This document shows, in pieces, positions 1 to 13,870 of a stretch of 64,000 nucleotides of DNA; positions within the stretch are counted from its first letter, which is position 1; every line of letters starts with the position of its first letter. This stretch comes from Stegostoma tigrinum (Eukaryota), in the NCBI RefSeq assembly GCF_030684315.1, contig NC_081391.1, forward strand, positions 4,554,048 to 4,618,047. The letters are read 5' to 3'. The notes under the pieces were generated by a model. The model ran no database searches and had not been told where the DNA came from. It saw only the letters and a program-made list of their open reading frames with translations. A program made the translations under genes and the position numbers.

Positions 1-1280
1 ACTCCCACAGCTACCTAGAATACACCTCCTCCCACCCACCCTCCTGCAAAAATTCCATCCCCTGTTCCCAACTCCTCTACCTCTGCCGCATCTGCTCCCA
101 GGGTGAGGCATTCCACTCCCGCACATCCCAGATGTCCAAGTTCTTCAAGGACCGCAACTTCCCCCCGCAGTGGTCGAGAACGCCCTTGACCGCGTCTCCC
201 GCATTTCCCACAACACATCTCTCACACCCTGCCCCCGCCACAACCACCCAAAGAGGATCCCCCTATTTCTCACACACCACCCCACCAACGTCCGGATACA
301 ACGCATCATCCTCCAACACTTCTGCCATCTACAATCCGACCCCATCACCCAAGACATTTTTCCATCCCCACCCTTGTCTGCCTTCCGGAGAGACCACTCT
401 CTCCGTGACTCCCTTGTTTGCTCCACACTGCCCTCCAACCCCACCACATCCGGCACCTTCCCCTGCAACAGCAGGAAGTGCTACACTTGCCCCCACACCT
501 CCTCCCTCACCCCCATCCCAGGCCCCAAGATGACTTTCCATATTAAGCAGAGGTTCACCTGCACATCTGCCAATGTGGTATACTGTATCCATTGTACCCG
601 GTGTGGCTTCCTCTACATTGGGGAAACCAAGCGGAGGCTTGGGGACCGCTTTGCAGAACATCTCCACTCGGTTCGCAACAAACAACTACACCTCCCAGTC
701 GCGAACCATTTTAACTCCCCCTCCCATTCTTCAGATGACATGTCCATCATGGACCTCCTGCAGTGCCACAATGATGCCACCCGAAGGTTGCAGGAACTCA
801 TATTCGGCTTGGGAACCCTGCAGCCCAATGGTATCAATGTGGACTTCACCAGCTTCAAAATCTCCCCTTCCCCCACTGCATCACACAACCAGCCCAGCTC
901 ATCCCCTCCCCCCACTGCACCCCAAAACCAGCCCAGCCTGTGTCTGCCTCCCTAACCTGTTCTTCCTCTCACCCATCCCTTCCTCCCACCTCAAGCCGGA
1001 CCTCCATTTCCTACCTACTAACCTCATCCCACCTCCTTGACCTGTCTGTCTTCCCTGGACTGACCTATCCCCTCCCTACCTCCCCACCTATACTCTCCTC
1101 TCCACCTATCTTCTTTTCTCTCCATCTTCGGTCCGCCTCCCCCTCTCTCCCTATTTATTCCAGAACCCTCTCCCCATCCCCCTCTCTGATGAAGGGTCTA
1201 GGCCCGAAACATCAGCTTTTGTGCTCCTGAGAAGCTGCTTGGCCTGCTGTGTTCATCCAGCTCCACACTTTGTTATCTTG
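1..1280 (+). mobile_element. Penelope-like element, 3' part (RT C-terminus, Cys-rich linker, GIY-YIG endonuclease, terminal repeat); probably Neptune-type
   Basis: ORF 170-955 contains FPCNSRKCYTC...FTCTSANVVYCIHCTRCGFLYIGETKRRLGDRFAEH (GIY-YIG). A C-rich tail and a terminal repeat shared with other copies in the window follow. The Cys-rich RT-EN linker is a known Neptune-clade trait. Confidence 0.9.
1184..1216 (+). ncRNA. Minimal hammerhead ribozyme motif in the PLE terminal repeat (CpG-decayed)
   Basis: CTGATGA(1186-1192)-A-GGGT-CTAG-GCCC-GAAA-C-ATC. Core boxes and helix II are intact; sibling copies have CGTC where this one has CATC. Confidence 0.7.
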
Positions 1281-1395
1281 TATTTGCCCTGGTGTCAGAC
1301 CAACGTTTATTCCTCAACCAATAGCACTAGCAAACATAATCTGACAATTATTGCACTCCAGTTTGTGGGAGCTGGCTGTGTGCAGACTGGTTGCA

Positions 1396-1746
1396 GGGCA
1401 GCAGGGTGGCTCAGTGGTTAGCATAACTGCCTCACAGCACTGGGCACCCGGGTTTGATTCCGATCTTGGGCGACTGCCTATGTGGATTTTGCACATTCCC
1501 TCCATGTCTGCATGGGTTCCGTCAGGGTCCCCTCCCAGGTTTCCTCCCACAGTCCCAAGATGTCAGGTGAATTGGTCATGCTAAATTGCTCATGGTGTCC
1601 AGGGATGTGTAGGTTAGATGGGTTAGCCATGGGAAATACAGGGATAAAGTAAGGGGTGGGTTTCGGTGGGATGCTGTTTGGAATGTTGGTTAGACTTGAT
1701 GAGCCAAATAGCCTGCATCTGCTCTGTAGGGATTCTATGATTCTAT
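1396..1746 (+). mobile_element. tRNA-derived SINE, HE1-like (V-SINE), inserted into an older SINE
   Basis: Box A-like TGGCTCAGTGG, box B-like GGTTTGATTCC, core TTTGCACATTCCCTCCATGTCTGCATGGGTT, tail GGGATTCTATGATTCTAT. GTTGC occurs on both flanks. Confidence 0.75.
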
Positions 1747-1819
1747 AGTTGCTACATCTCCTACACTACAACAGTGAAAGCACTTTTAAAGATCTCCGTG
1801 AGGAAGTTTTAAACAAGAA

Positions 1820-2465
1820 TGTAAATGTATTGGAAGCAGCTTAGAGAAAATTTACCAGACTAATACCTGAGACAAGTGGATTGTGTGATGAGGAAGGTTT
1901 GGACTGATTTGGTTTTTATCTGCTGGAGTTTAGAAGGTTGAAGTAATCTGATTGAAACATTGAAACATATAAGATTCTGACGGGTCTTGCCATGGTAGAC
2001 GGGGAGAGGATGTTTTCTGTTAAGGGAGTATTTAGAACCGGGGGTCACTGTTTATAAATCAAGAATTCATTCATTTAAAACAAATGAAACAAAATATTTT
2101 CTGTCAGAAGGTGGTGAGTGTTTTGAACAAAATAGTTGAAAGTTTTGGAGAAAGGAAGAGGAAAGCCGCTTAATGAAACAGTGATTGAAAGTGAAGAGGG
2201 TTATTAATGAAGTGTGCAGAAATATGTGACCATTGGCAACTCTCAGTGTTACTGAGTTATGGGAAGGTGATAGGCTTAATTATGTAGAATATCTGGTGCA
2301 GGAGCAGGCCAGTCAGTCCAACCAGTGCATGCTCATATTTATGCTACACTTGAGGAAAGCAGGAATGTGGATTTGAGTTTGCCATCAGATCAGCCGTCAT
2401 CTTATTGAATGACTCAAGCAGGCTTGAGGGGCTGAATGGCCTACTCATGCTCCTAATTTGTATGT
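1820..2465 (+). mobile_element. Decayed CR1-type LINE 3' fragment
   Basis: Matches the 3' end of the 16070-18885 LINE type (GGAGTTTAGAAGG...ACATATAAGATTCTG; tail ATCAGCCGTCATCTTATTGAATG...GGCTGAATGGCCTACTC). Confidence 0.65.
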
Positions 2466-2664
2466 TCATTGGCTGTAAAGTCTTTGGGGCGTGAGAGTGT
2501 CAAATCTTTTTATTTGTGTTAGAGTCTGAGATGAGTGATTCTCACTGTGTTTATATATTCTTGCTCTTGCTCAGTAACTGCTGTTGTCCTGTGAATTGTT
2601 ACAGTGGATAATTTCTTAAAGGCTATGACATTTATTAACTGCACCCTCTTGCTTTTGCTTTTAG

Positions 2665-2745
2665 ATGGATACAAAGTTTTACTCACAAAAAGATGAGTCG
2701 AAGTTTTTCACTAAATGCTCTCGAGTGGCTTCAGAAACCAACAAG
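2665..2745 (+). CDS. Candidate phase-0 exon (81 nt) of unidentified plus-strand gene: MDTKFYSQKDESKFFTKCSRVASETNK
   Basis: Pyrimidine tract ctcttgcttttgcttttag before, AAG|gtttgt donor after. Length is a multiple of 3, the frame is open, and the xD..F.S...K| layout matches the downstream exons. Confidence 0.55.
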
Positions 2746-5700
2746 GTTTGTACTCATATGAGAAATGCATTGAAGATTCTTGTCTCAATAAACCTGGGGG
2801 TCTCAGCACTGCCCAGTGTGGTAGTTGGATCACAAATTCTCCAGGGTGGCCCTGGAGTTTCCAGAAAGAGAACATTAATCTTCAGGAGGCTCTTATGAGC
2901 AACCAGACCCCCTCCAATCCCAGCAGAAAAATCACAGGAGCACATGAAAAATGCATAATGTATTCCATTCATTTTCTTTTAACACTTTAACTTATTCTAA
3001 AAGTAGTTCAGATAGGAAGAGGAAACCATATAATGAGGCAGAGTGATTGAAAGTAAGAGGGTCATGTGATAAAGTATCCAGGATTATAACCAACAGAAGT
3101 TGACCTTGATGCTGAGTTATGTGGAGAGGGAACGTTTCAAGCTTACAGAATATTTGGCACAGATATTGGTCATTTGGCCTCACTAGTGCATGCTGCTGTG
3201 TATACTACGTTAAAGTATCCATCTGTCTGTTTTCTCACCTTAATCTAGTTTCAAACTGTCCCAATTGTCTTCTTTCTCATAGGCTTGACTAGATTCCCCT
3301 TCAATGAATCTAAACTATTCACTTCAAACATTTCATCTGGTAACAAGTTTCATGTTCTTATTACTGTTCGGGTGAAGAGGTGTTTTACAATTCCCTGTTG
3401 GATATTTTGGTGATTTTCTTATATCAATGGCCTCTAGTTAAGCGCTTTTTGACAAGAGGAAACAGTCTCTTTATATCCACTGTATCAAACCTTAAACCAT
3501 TTCAAAGATCTCAGTTTGGGTCACTTACAAGCCTTCTGATTTCATGAGGGAAGGGACCCAAGCCAAGGATTCTTTTGCTGATATGCATTGACCATGCAGT
3601 TCTGATCTACTGAGCTAAGCTGGAGTAGCAGTAGGGGAAGGTCTCATTTGATCTCAATGCCTGTTTTATATGAAGATGAAAGTCAGCTATTGATCATCTC
3701 CATTCCTGTTTACTGACTAGTGAGCTGAGACGGGATGTACTTGAATGAACATTTGGTGATGACAAGCTTAGAAGGCCTGTGATATCTGACCTGTGGTATA
3801 TGTGGTTGGATTGTCTTTTGACTACCATAGCCTCCCACCTGTAAGAAACACCAGTTGGATTGGGTGCAGTCGTAATGGGCCGAATGACATTTTTATGTAT
3901 TATATCAGTTTATGATTCCAGGTGCCCCTCTGAGCATTTAATGAACCCTGTCTTTGAGACAAGAGAGAGGAAAAAGGGATGAAAATAAACAATTAGTGTT
4001 TTTGTTTGCAAAGGCTAATGAAAGCAGAAAAAGCAAAAGATGATAACAATGAGTTAAAAGAAGACCAGATAAGAAAGATCTTTAACCCGTTTTGCGCTGA
4101 GAGCCAATAGACTGTGAAACTCATTACCATATAAGTTAGCTGAGGCAAATAGTGTAGAGATATTTAAGTGAAAGTGAGATATGGGATGAATGAACTTTTT
4201 TTCTGTGCTGTAAATTCTGTGTAATTCAAAGTATTATCCAGTATTAAGAAAGCCACCAAATGTAAAGTTGAAATAGGTTGGATTTGACTTGTATGTTAAA
4301 TTGGCAGGAATCTTTAAATTGGTTCAACTCTGAGAACCCAACATTGAAGGGCAGGTTTGTCACAATGGTCTATTTGACAAAGGTCTCCTTTGCATTATCA
4401 GTGTAATATATACATTAGCATAGCCTATAATGTGTCTTGTCCTAGGATCCCCAATGCTATAGCAGCTGGACACTTGGGAGATATTCACATTATCAAGACA
4501 ATCATCCCCCAATTTGATAAATGAGACTATTCTTATATTCTTACAATCTTGGGAGAGTTCAAAGTGCTTTTGAAATATAATAGTTCCTGTAAGTTAGGAA
4601 ACACTTGGCAAGGCCTTGAAAAAAGCAAAAGCTTAATGACCGAATCATCTGTGTTTTGTTGTTGTTGCTTAAGTATTGGTTCAGCCAGTAGGAAGAATCA
4701 TCCCACTCTTCTTCAAAACAAGTGCCATGGGGTGTTTTACTTACACCTGAAAGAGCAGATAATGTCTTGTTTTAACATCTCATCTTTGACAGAACAGCAC
4801 TCTCCCAAGTTAGGTTCTTGGGGCAGAAGCAGTTATACATTCAGATATTTATAATTAGAAGTTCATGAACTGTTAAACCTGGACCCTTCTTGGTTAGTAT
4901 CTCTTCTGAGCAGACTCTCTCTGCTGGCACATGTGTGACTGGAAGCCTCAAGTGGACAAAATACATATTGCAATTTTCAGTCCATTATACCTCATTGTCA
5001 GCCTGGATTGTGAGAGCAAGCCTCAGGCGTGGGGTTTGAACTTACGGTCTATTGTCTCAGAAATGTGTATTATCTGTTGACCCACAGAAATACAATCAAG
5101 CCTCATACAGAAGCACAAATTTAATCCATCTGACTTTTAGTGGGAAACCAAGATGCATGATCGAGTGCCACAGTGCACAAGGATCGAAGGGAATAGAATG
5201 GAGAATAATGTCCACATCATTATAAATGCTGTAGATTGTAGGAAGGATGGAACATTAAGGATAGTGAGGAATTCTACAGCTTTGGATTCTGGGATTGGCT
5301 GTACAATGTTAATACCATTTCCTTCAGGCAGGTGAAAGATTTGGAAGAGAAGAATCAAAAAGCAGTGTCAGATATCTTCGATCACCCCTTCAAAATGGCA
5401 AGGTCAGTAATCTCAGATCATGTGTTGTAGACAAGTTCTATTTAAACCAGTGGGAAGCTGTGCAAGAAAATGTCCCACAGACAAGCTTGCGATTCACAAG
5501 TTTGTAGGAGATTAATTCAGTGGGTAAAATGCAGCTCATTTTTATTTTTGGAATGTGTCAAAAAACTGCAAACATGCTCTGTTTAAAAACAGAATGCTTC
5601 TCGAAAGTGTTTTTAATTCTTTTCCTTCTGACAAAATTTCACCGCCTCCTGAAGTCGTTGATTCCATCCTGTCAAATCCACTTTGTACCTTGCCCAACTA

Positions 5701-5924
5701 AAGTCTAAATGACAGAGATAAGACTTTCATTTGCATTTTATCTGTTTACAACTTCAAGATACCCAACTTGTTTCACAGGCAATAAAGAACTTCTGAAGTG
5801 TCGCCGCTGTTGTAGTGTAGGGCAATGCAGCAGCTAATTTGTGCACAGCAAGCTTCCACAGCAGCAGTGATCAAATCAGGTATTGCAATGTTTGCATGAT
5901 GTTGGCTAAAGTAGTAAATCCACG

Positions 5925-7390
5925 TTCCAGTCCTACTCGGGTCCTACCCACGGCTCTTCTGCCAATGCATCAATTACATCATTGATGCTGCTTCCCTCCC
6001 TTGTCTGAACTTGGAGAAAATGATCAATTTTGCCTTCAATTTCCAGCCTTCCCTTGCCTTTACCTGATGCATCACAGACTCCTCCCTTGCCTTCCACAAC
6101 ATCTCTGTACCATTTCTGGGATAGGCTGGCCACTGATATCCATAACAAACCCACTGACTCCCACAGTTATCTTGTCTATACATCCTCACACCCTGCTTTC
6201 TGTAAAGACTCCATTCTATTCTGCCAGTTTCTCTATCTCCGTTGCATCTGTTTCAATGATGCCACCATCCACAGGGGTCCTCAGATATGTCTGCCTCTTT
6301 CCTAAACTAGGCTGAGCTGTGTTGGACCCATATCCTGTACTTGTGCCGTCGCTCCTTCCCTTCCCTTCCACAAGAATGATAGGATCCCCCTTATCCTCAC
6401 TTCCCACTCCACCAGCTCTGCATTCCAAAGGATCATAAGCCATCATTTCTGCCACCTCAAGCGGGACACCAAGGCCAGACTATGTTACTCTCCCCTCCCC
6501 TCTCGTCAACATTTTGCATGGACTGGACCCTTTGGGACATTATGGTTCACTCCTCCTTCACTCCCAACACCTTGCCACAACCCAAGGCACCCTCCCATGC
6601 AATGGCGAAAGGTGCAGCACTTGCCTATTTACCTCCTCCCCAAGGCTCCAGGTAAACCTTTCAAGCAATTTCTCAACACTTCATTTCAATCTATCCTGCT
6701 GTCTTCACTACTCACAATGTGGCCTTCTCTACATTGGCGAAATGAAGCACAGATTGGCTGACCGCTTTGCGGAACACTTGTGTTCTGTCCGTAAAATTGA
6801 CCCTGAGCTTCCAGTGTACTGCCACTTCAACATACCACCGTATTCATGTGCCAATATTTTCTGTCTCAGGCCTGCTGCAGTACTCAAGCAAGGTCATGTA
6901 AGCACATCTTCCTTTTAGGTACCTTAGAGTCTTCAAGACTCGAGTTTAACAATTTCCCATCATGAACTTCTCCTTCCTTGTCTTTTACCTCCTTACACGA
7001 CCCCATGCTGTTATGAAATGAGTTGTTTTCAGTATAGCCAACCAATTTTCAACTACTCATAGTCCCCATTCTCACCTATCTAGTTTCTCTTCATCCCTGG
7101 CTTAATATTAACTATCCCTTTGCCTATCTTATTTTTCTTCTCGGTAGGCTCCATCTCTACTTGTCTGTTCATTCTTTGCCAGATGCGCACGCACATGCAC
7201 ACCCGACCCCTCAGCTGTTGTCATCAGCATAAATACTACCTTTTCCTTGCTGCTTCTAGTTCTGAAGAAAGGTCACTGGCCTCGAAAGGTTACCTCTGTT
7301 TTCTTTGCACAGATGCTGCCTGATTTGCTGAGTTTCATGAGCAAGTTCTGTTGTTGATAGTTTCCAGTGTCTGCAGTTCTTTGTTTTATT
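5925..7390 (+). mobile_element. Old, degenerate Penelope-like element with terminal repeat
   Basis: Remnants TDIHNKPTDSHSYLVYTSSHP and CGLLYIGEMKHRLADRFAEH. Decayed hammerhead-like AGTTCTGAAGAAAGGTCACTGGCCTCGAAAGGTT near 7258-7291. Confidence 0.8.
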
Positions 7391-9067
7391 TTAACTGTCG
7401 GAGATTGGGTGCGGGGCACACCTCCCTTTCACTTCTTCAAATATTTCCATGTGATCATACTATTTAACTGCCATGTAGAGGGCAGTTTGGATCTAATTTT
7501 AAGTAACTTTGATAGTGCTGTGTTCTGTCAGCCCTGGTCCGTGAGTCTAGATTAAATGATCTGGACTCCACAGTGTTACTGGAACCTATGATGGTCTGAG
7601 TTGGGGGCACAACTGATGAGTCAAGTGAATAATTATGTGAGTGTAGATGGAATAGTCATTTACAAGTGTCATCACATAGGAGCCCGACACTGTTCTAGTT
7701 TGATGTCCAGTGGAGTTGTTCAGCTGTGCTTATGAATGAAAACACTGCTTAATTTGCCAAAATGTTTATCCTCTCTAATACACTGGCACTGAGCCAAATG
7801 GTGGCCCCCATCTGCTGCCTCAAGACCATTGAACATACACAGGCTGAGCATTTTGGGTGTTTGGGTACTCTCAGCAGCATTAGATATTCACAATTGCAAG
7901 GCCCAAGTCCAAGCAGTTTCTAAATATCCCTAAAGCTGTGCAAAGGCTGTGTGTAAATGTCCCTCTGGTGCCAGAGTATAGAACTTTGGTAAAGCAGAAC
8001 ACTTGTAAAGTGCTTCACAGTTTTGACAGCTTCGTTACCTTGTTCTTTCAATAGTGAACATGAATCCTTGACCTCTGTGCTAGTTTAAGAATTTTAATGA
8101 TTTTACAGCAACAGCAACTCTCAGGTATAAATCTCTTTTAATGTAGAAACTGTTCCAAGGCACTCTGCAGGAGCCCAGTCACACAAAGGTCACTACCAAG
8201 CCAAAGAAGATACTGGAAGAACCAGCCGAAAGCTTGGCTAAAGAGGTGGGTGTCAAATGTTTTAAATGGGAAAGATCGAGCAGAGGAAGATAAGTTTAGG
8301 AATCCCTGAGGTCACAGTCCAAACCACTGAGGGTGTGGTTGTCACTGATGGGCTGAAAGGGATGGAGCATGGAATAAAAGGTCAAAGTTGGCAAACCTTG
8401 TAAGTGTTGAAGAGGGTGATAGAGCTGGAGGCTGTCAGAATGAAACAGCACTGATCACAGAATGGTTACAGCACAGAAGGAGGCATCTGGCCCATCATAC
8501 CTGTTCCCTTAGAGATAGCTGCTCAGTTAGCTCCATTCTCCTGTTTTGTCTGCGTATCCCTGTAAATCTTACAAGTTTTGACGTTTGTATCTCCCTTCAG
8601 AAATTTAGTATTAAATCTGTTTCCACCCATCCACCTCTCCCTTACAGCTTCTGAAATCCAGAATATAATCACCCTGTATGTTAAAAAAAAACTCATCTTC
8701 CCTCTGGTACTTTTATCCTCAATTGGTGACTTCTAATTGTTGATCTTTCTGCCAATGGAGACAGCTTTTCCTCATTTACTCTATCAACAGTTTGAATATC
8801 TGTGTGAAATCTCTTAATTTTCTCTGCACTGGTGTAGTTAAGCAACAATGATCAATAAGTGAGGTAAGAAGCGGTGCTGAATAAAAAAAAGTCAAGGCTT
8901 ATACATCTTAAGTGGGAATCCAGTGATCTGGGAGAGTTATAGCAGTATTGGCACATGGATGTGGTGATGACAATGATGCAATGGTCAAATGGCTCAGAGA
9001 GAGCAAGATAGAGTGAGTTGGAAGAGGATCGAGAGTCCGTGTTACTCTGAAGGAGTCCTGTACTGTA

Positions 9068-11402
9068 TTGTTACATAGATAGAAGGAACTGCTGACACTG
9101 GAGAATCTGAGATAACAAGGTGTACAGCTGGATGAACACAGCAGGCCAAGCAGCAACAGAGGAGCAGGAAAGCTGACGTTTTGGGTCTAGACCCTTCTTC
9201 AGAAATGGGGGAGGAGAAGGGGATACTGAAATAAATAGGGAGAAAGGGGAAGGCAGATAGAAGATGGAGGCGCATAGAAGATGGATAAAGGAGAAAATAG
9301 GTGGAGAGGAGACGGACAGGTCAAGGAGGTTTGGTTGGAGCCAGTAAAGGTGAGTGTAGGTGGGGAGTTACGGAGGGGATAGGTTGGTCCAGGGAGGATG
9401 GACAGGTCAAGGAGGCGGGATGAGGCTATTAGGTAGGAGATGAGGGTGGGGCTTGAGGTGGGAGGAGTGGATAGGTGGGAGGACAGGTTAGGGAGGCGGG
9501 TATGAGCTGGGTTGATTTTGGGATGCGGTCGGGGGAGGGGAGATTTTGAAGCTTGTGAAATCCACATTGATACCACTGGTCTGCAGGGTTCCCAAGCAAA
9601 ATATGAGATGTTGTTCCTGCAACCTTCGGGTGGCATCGTTGTGGCACTGCAGGAGGCCCAGGATGGACATGTCATCCAAAGTGTGGGAGGGGGAGGTGAA
9701 ATGGTTCGCGACGGGGGGGTGCAGTTGATTGTTGCGAACCAAGCGTAGATGTTCCACAAAGCAGTCCCCAAGCCTTCACTTGGTTCCCCCGATGTAGAGG
9801 ACGCCACAATGGGAACAGCGGATACAGTATACCACATTTGCAGATGTGCAGGTGAACATCTGTTTGATGTGGAAGGTCTTCTTAGGGTCTGGGATGGGGT
9901 TGAGGGGGGAGGTGTAGGGGCAGGTGTAGCACTTTCTGCGGTTGTAGGGAAAGGTCCCGGGGGTGGTGGGATTGGTGGGGAGTGTGGAGTGGATAAGGGA
10001 GTCACGGAGAGAGTGGTCCCTCTGGAAAGCAGATAAGGGAGGGAAAAATGTCTTTGGTGGTGGGGTCGAATTGAAGATGATGGAATGTCAGATGTTGATG
10101 CGTTGGATCCGGAGGTTGGTGGGGTGGTAAGTGAGGACGAGGGGGATTCTGTTATGGTTGTTATTGTGGGCGGGGGGATGTGAGGGATGTGTTGTGGGAA
10201 ATGCGAGAGACACAGTTGAGGGCGTTTCCGACCACTGTGGAGGGGAAGTTGCAGTCCTTGAAAAATGAGGACATCTGGTATGTCCGGGAGTGGAATGCCT
10301 CAACTCGGGAGCAGATGCAGCGGAGGCGAAGGAATTGGGAATAGGGCATGGCCTTTTTGCAGGAAAGTGGGTGAGAGGAGGTGTACCCTAAGTAGCTGTG
10401 AGAGTTGGTAGGCTTGAAATGGATATCGGGTTCCAGGTGGTTGCCAGAGATGGAAATAGAGAGGTCCAGGAGGGAGAGAGAGGTGTCAGAGATGGTCTAG
10501 TTGAACTTAAGGTTGGGGTGGAAGGTGTTAGTGAAGTGGATGAACCGTTTGAGCACCTCGTGGGAGCATGAATCGGCGCCGATGCAGTCATCGATATAAC
10601 AGTGGAAGAGGCCAATGCAGCTTCGGAAGAGGGATTGTTCCACGTAACCTACTAAGAGGCAGGCATTGCTTGGTCCCATGTGGGTGACCATGGCCACCCC
10701 CTTTGTCTGTAGGAAGTGGGAGGAATTGGAAGAAAAGTTGTTGAGGGTGAGGACGAGCTCAGCTAAGCAGATGAGGGCGTCAGTGGAGGGGGACTGGTCG
10801 GGCCTGTGGGACATGAAGAAGCGAAGGGCCTTTAGGCTATCTGCATGGGGAATGCAAGCGTACAGGGACTGGACATGCCTGGCAAAGATGATTTCTTGAG
10901 GACCAGGGAATCAGGAGTTTTGGAGGAGGTGGAGGGCATGGGTGGTGTCACGGACGTGGGTAGGGAGTTCCTGGACCAAGGGGGAGAAGATGGAGTCGAG
11001 ACAAGTGGAGATAAGTTTGGTGGGGCAGGAGCAGGCAGAGACAATGGCTCGACCAGGGCAGTCAGGTTTGTGGATTTTGGAAAGGAGATAGAAGCGGGTG
11101 GTGCAGGGTTGAAGCGATTGATGTCTCAGCGGCAGTTGAAGATGAAGAGATCGAGAGAGGGTAGGAGGCCTTGGGGTGGTGTCCAGGAGTACGGGGTGTG
11201 TTGGAGGTGGTGGAAGGGGTTAGGCTCAAGATTAAAGAAGTAAGCGCCAAGGCGACGGAAAAACTGTTCAACGTCCAAGTGTGAGCGGTATTCTTTGATA
11301 TATAGGTGGAGGGGGACAAAGGTGAGTCCTTTACTGAGGACTGACCGTTCGCCATCAGTGAGAGGGAGATCTCGGGGGATGGTGAAGATCCAGCCCTGCC
11401 AG
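9068..11402 (-). mobile_element. Penelope-like element, long frameshifted copy (N-terminal region, RT, GIY-YIG, terminal repeat)
   Basis: Minus-strand fragments LTLNNFSSNSSHFLQTKGVAMVTHMGP, CYIDDCIG, PYSQFLRLRCICS and PVANHF...LIFCLGTLQ. Terminal repeat has a hammerhead motif at 9173-9204 with GAAA mutated to AAAA. Confidence 0.9.
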
Positions 11403-12119
11403 GAATCTTACTGTCCCTTACCGCCTGTCAGTGGAGGGTGTTGTAAGGATTTAAAAGTTATGAACAAAGTTATGTACAAGTGTTATGAACATACCTACTT
11501 TGATCATCAAGTCTCAGGGCCTCAAAAGGCACAGACATTACCTACTGCACGAGAGGAACACCCTCACATGTCAAGTATACTATCCTATTTAAATAACGGG
11601 TCATGAGGGCCTCTCAGGCATAAACTGTGCTTATAACAAATGGATAGCTCCTTGATGAATGTTGTTACCACTCACTATATCGGCAGAAATATCACTCCCG
11701 CTGCCCAGCTGCCAGCTCAGTATTGCAAAGATGAGCAGATCAGGGGAACCGCTCCATATAAGTTACTGTATGAGTGCGCTATAAGTTTACTGATACTGAA
11801 TTTTTGAGTTCTGATGATAACTCCGTGTTTTTCTTCACAGATGCTGCCAGACCTGCTGAGCTTTTTCAGCAGCTTTGTTTTTGTTACAAATTTACTGCTT
11901 TGTTAGTCACTTCAATTTCTGTGCGTTTAGAGGTATTTCATTCTTCTATGGAAATCATTTCCAGTTATTGAAAAAGAACATGACTCTTTAAACTATTTCC
12001 AGAAAGCTGCAGACTGTGCTCAACTGCATTGTTCAAATCCAGAACCTTACATGCAAGTGGCTAGGTTCTTAGCTAAGGAGCCACTTTTACAAAATGAATA
12101 TGTAATTTTGAAAAAAACT

Positions 12120-12500
12120 TTCTTTATCCTTTGATGAGATGTGGGAATTGCTGGCATTGTTGCCCGCTCCCAAACACCCTTAAACTGACTGGCATTGCTA
12201 TGCTATTTCAGAGGGCAGTTAAGAGGTAACCACAGTGCTGTGGGTCTGGAGACACATGTAATTCAGAATGATTAAAAATAGCAGATTTTCTTCCCTGAAA
12301 GATATTTGTAAACAACATGTCTGTTTTCGTCAATGATAGTTGCATGGCCACCACTGCTGAGACCAGCATCTGATTCCAGATTTACTGATTGAATTTAAAT
12401 TCCACCAGCTGTGCTGGGATTTGAATACGTGCCCCTGAAGCGTTAGCCCGGGCATCAGGAATTATTAGTCTTAGTGACATTGTCATAACCACCACCATCT
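12120..12500 (-). mobile_element. SINE-like repeat, second family (related copies near 21620-21910, 22740-23080, 24825-25195, 33860-34200, 55630-56000)
   Basis: Recurring blocks such as GAGGGCAGTTAAGAG..AACCAC, GGGTCTGGAG.CACATGTA, GCAGATTT.CTTCCCT and GAATTTAAATTCCACCAGCTG. Family name not assigned. Confidence 0.55.
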
Positions 12501-12560
12501 CCCCTGTTTTAAGTGGCAAAGGTCATTATGCGCTATTGGGCTGGGACAGGAAGGGATCAA

Positions 12561-13020
12561 GATTAAGACCATAAGACATAGGAGTGGAAGTAAGGCCATT
12601 CGGCCCATCAAGTCCACTCCGCCATTTAAATCATGGCTGATGGGCATTTCAACTCCACTTCTCTGCACTCTCCCCGTAGCCCTTGATTCCTTTTGAGATC
12701 AAGAATTTGTCGATCTCTGCCTTGAAGGCATCCAACGTCCCGGCCTCTACTGCACTCTGCGGCAATGAATTCCACAAGCCCACCATACTCTGGCTGAAGA
12801 AATGTCGTCTCATTTCAGTTTTAAATTTACCCCCTCTAATTTTAAGGCTGTGCCCATGGGTCCTAGTCTCCCCGCCTAATGGAAAAAACTTCCTAGTGTC
12901 CACCCCTTCTAAACCATACATTATCTTGTAAGTTTCTATTAAATCTCCCCTCAACCTTCTAAACTCTAATGAGTACATTCCCAGGATCCTTAGCCATTCA
13001 TCATACGCTAAACCTACCAA
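12561..13020 (-). mobile_element. CR1-type LINE, young 5'-truncated 3' end
   Basis: Nearly identical by eye to 16075-16521. Encodes YSLEFRRLRGDLIETYKIM...WNSLP and ends in a short-repeat tail. Confidence 0.85.
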
Positions 13021-13870
13021 GATTGTCAGCCATGAGTCAAGAGTAAAAAAGTGGAGATGAGGGATTACCAGATCAACCATGAATTCATTCAGTGGTAGAA
13101 CAGACTCATGGGCTGAATGGCCTACTTCCTGCTGCTACATCTTGTAGTCTTATAAATGCCTATAGATGGTGGAATGATGGCAAAGCTGTTCTGGAAAACG
13201 AGAATGACCCAGATTAATCTCTAGAAAGGAATAGCTGAGGCTTGGGGTGCAATATTTCCACTTTTTGCTCATCAGTTGTTGTTTCTCAGGCTTGGCTTGA
13301 GGTTTACAGGAGCCGGTTTAGTCATTTTGTTCTTGATTTGGTATGCCCTATTGGTGGGAGCTGGAAGGAACTGAGAGGCTGGTGCTAATATGCAGCATCC
13401 CAGTAATATTTCAATCCGAGCCCAAGATTTAGGCCACTCCTAGTTAATCTTCACTATATTTTCATGAGCTGGAAACTAAATGTAAAACTCAGAAAGAGGA
13501 TCATGGCATGTAAACATTGAATGGTGAGCCCAGGAATTATTGCCTATCCCTGTTGCCCTGGTGAGGATGGTGGTGAGCAGCCTTTGTGAACTGCTACAGT
13601 CCATTAGGGCTAGGGACATCCAACACGCTGCTAGGGAGGGAGTTCCAGGATTTTGACCCAGATGACAGTGAAGGATTGGTGATATAGTTCCAAGTCAGGA
13701 CGGTGTATGACTTGGAGAGGAACTTTCAGATTGTGGTGGTCCCTTGCATCTGCTGCTCTTCTCCATTTCAGTCACAGAAAGAGAAGCAGGAGTAGATGAG
13801 TGGTGCTCACTCATTCTGTGCTGATGAGCCACACAGACCAAAACCAACACAATGATAGATTTTGGAAAAT

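Noticed and set aside
1396-1470. tRNA gene
   Set aside because: The A/B-box-like head continues into a SINE body and tail; no complete cloverleaf is seen.
4446-4526. Possible additional degenerate repeat exon after cttgtcctag
   Set aside because: Only faint similarity, an in-frame stop and no GT donor; cannot be distinguished from chance.
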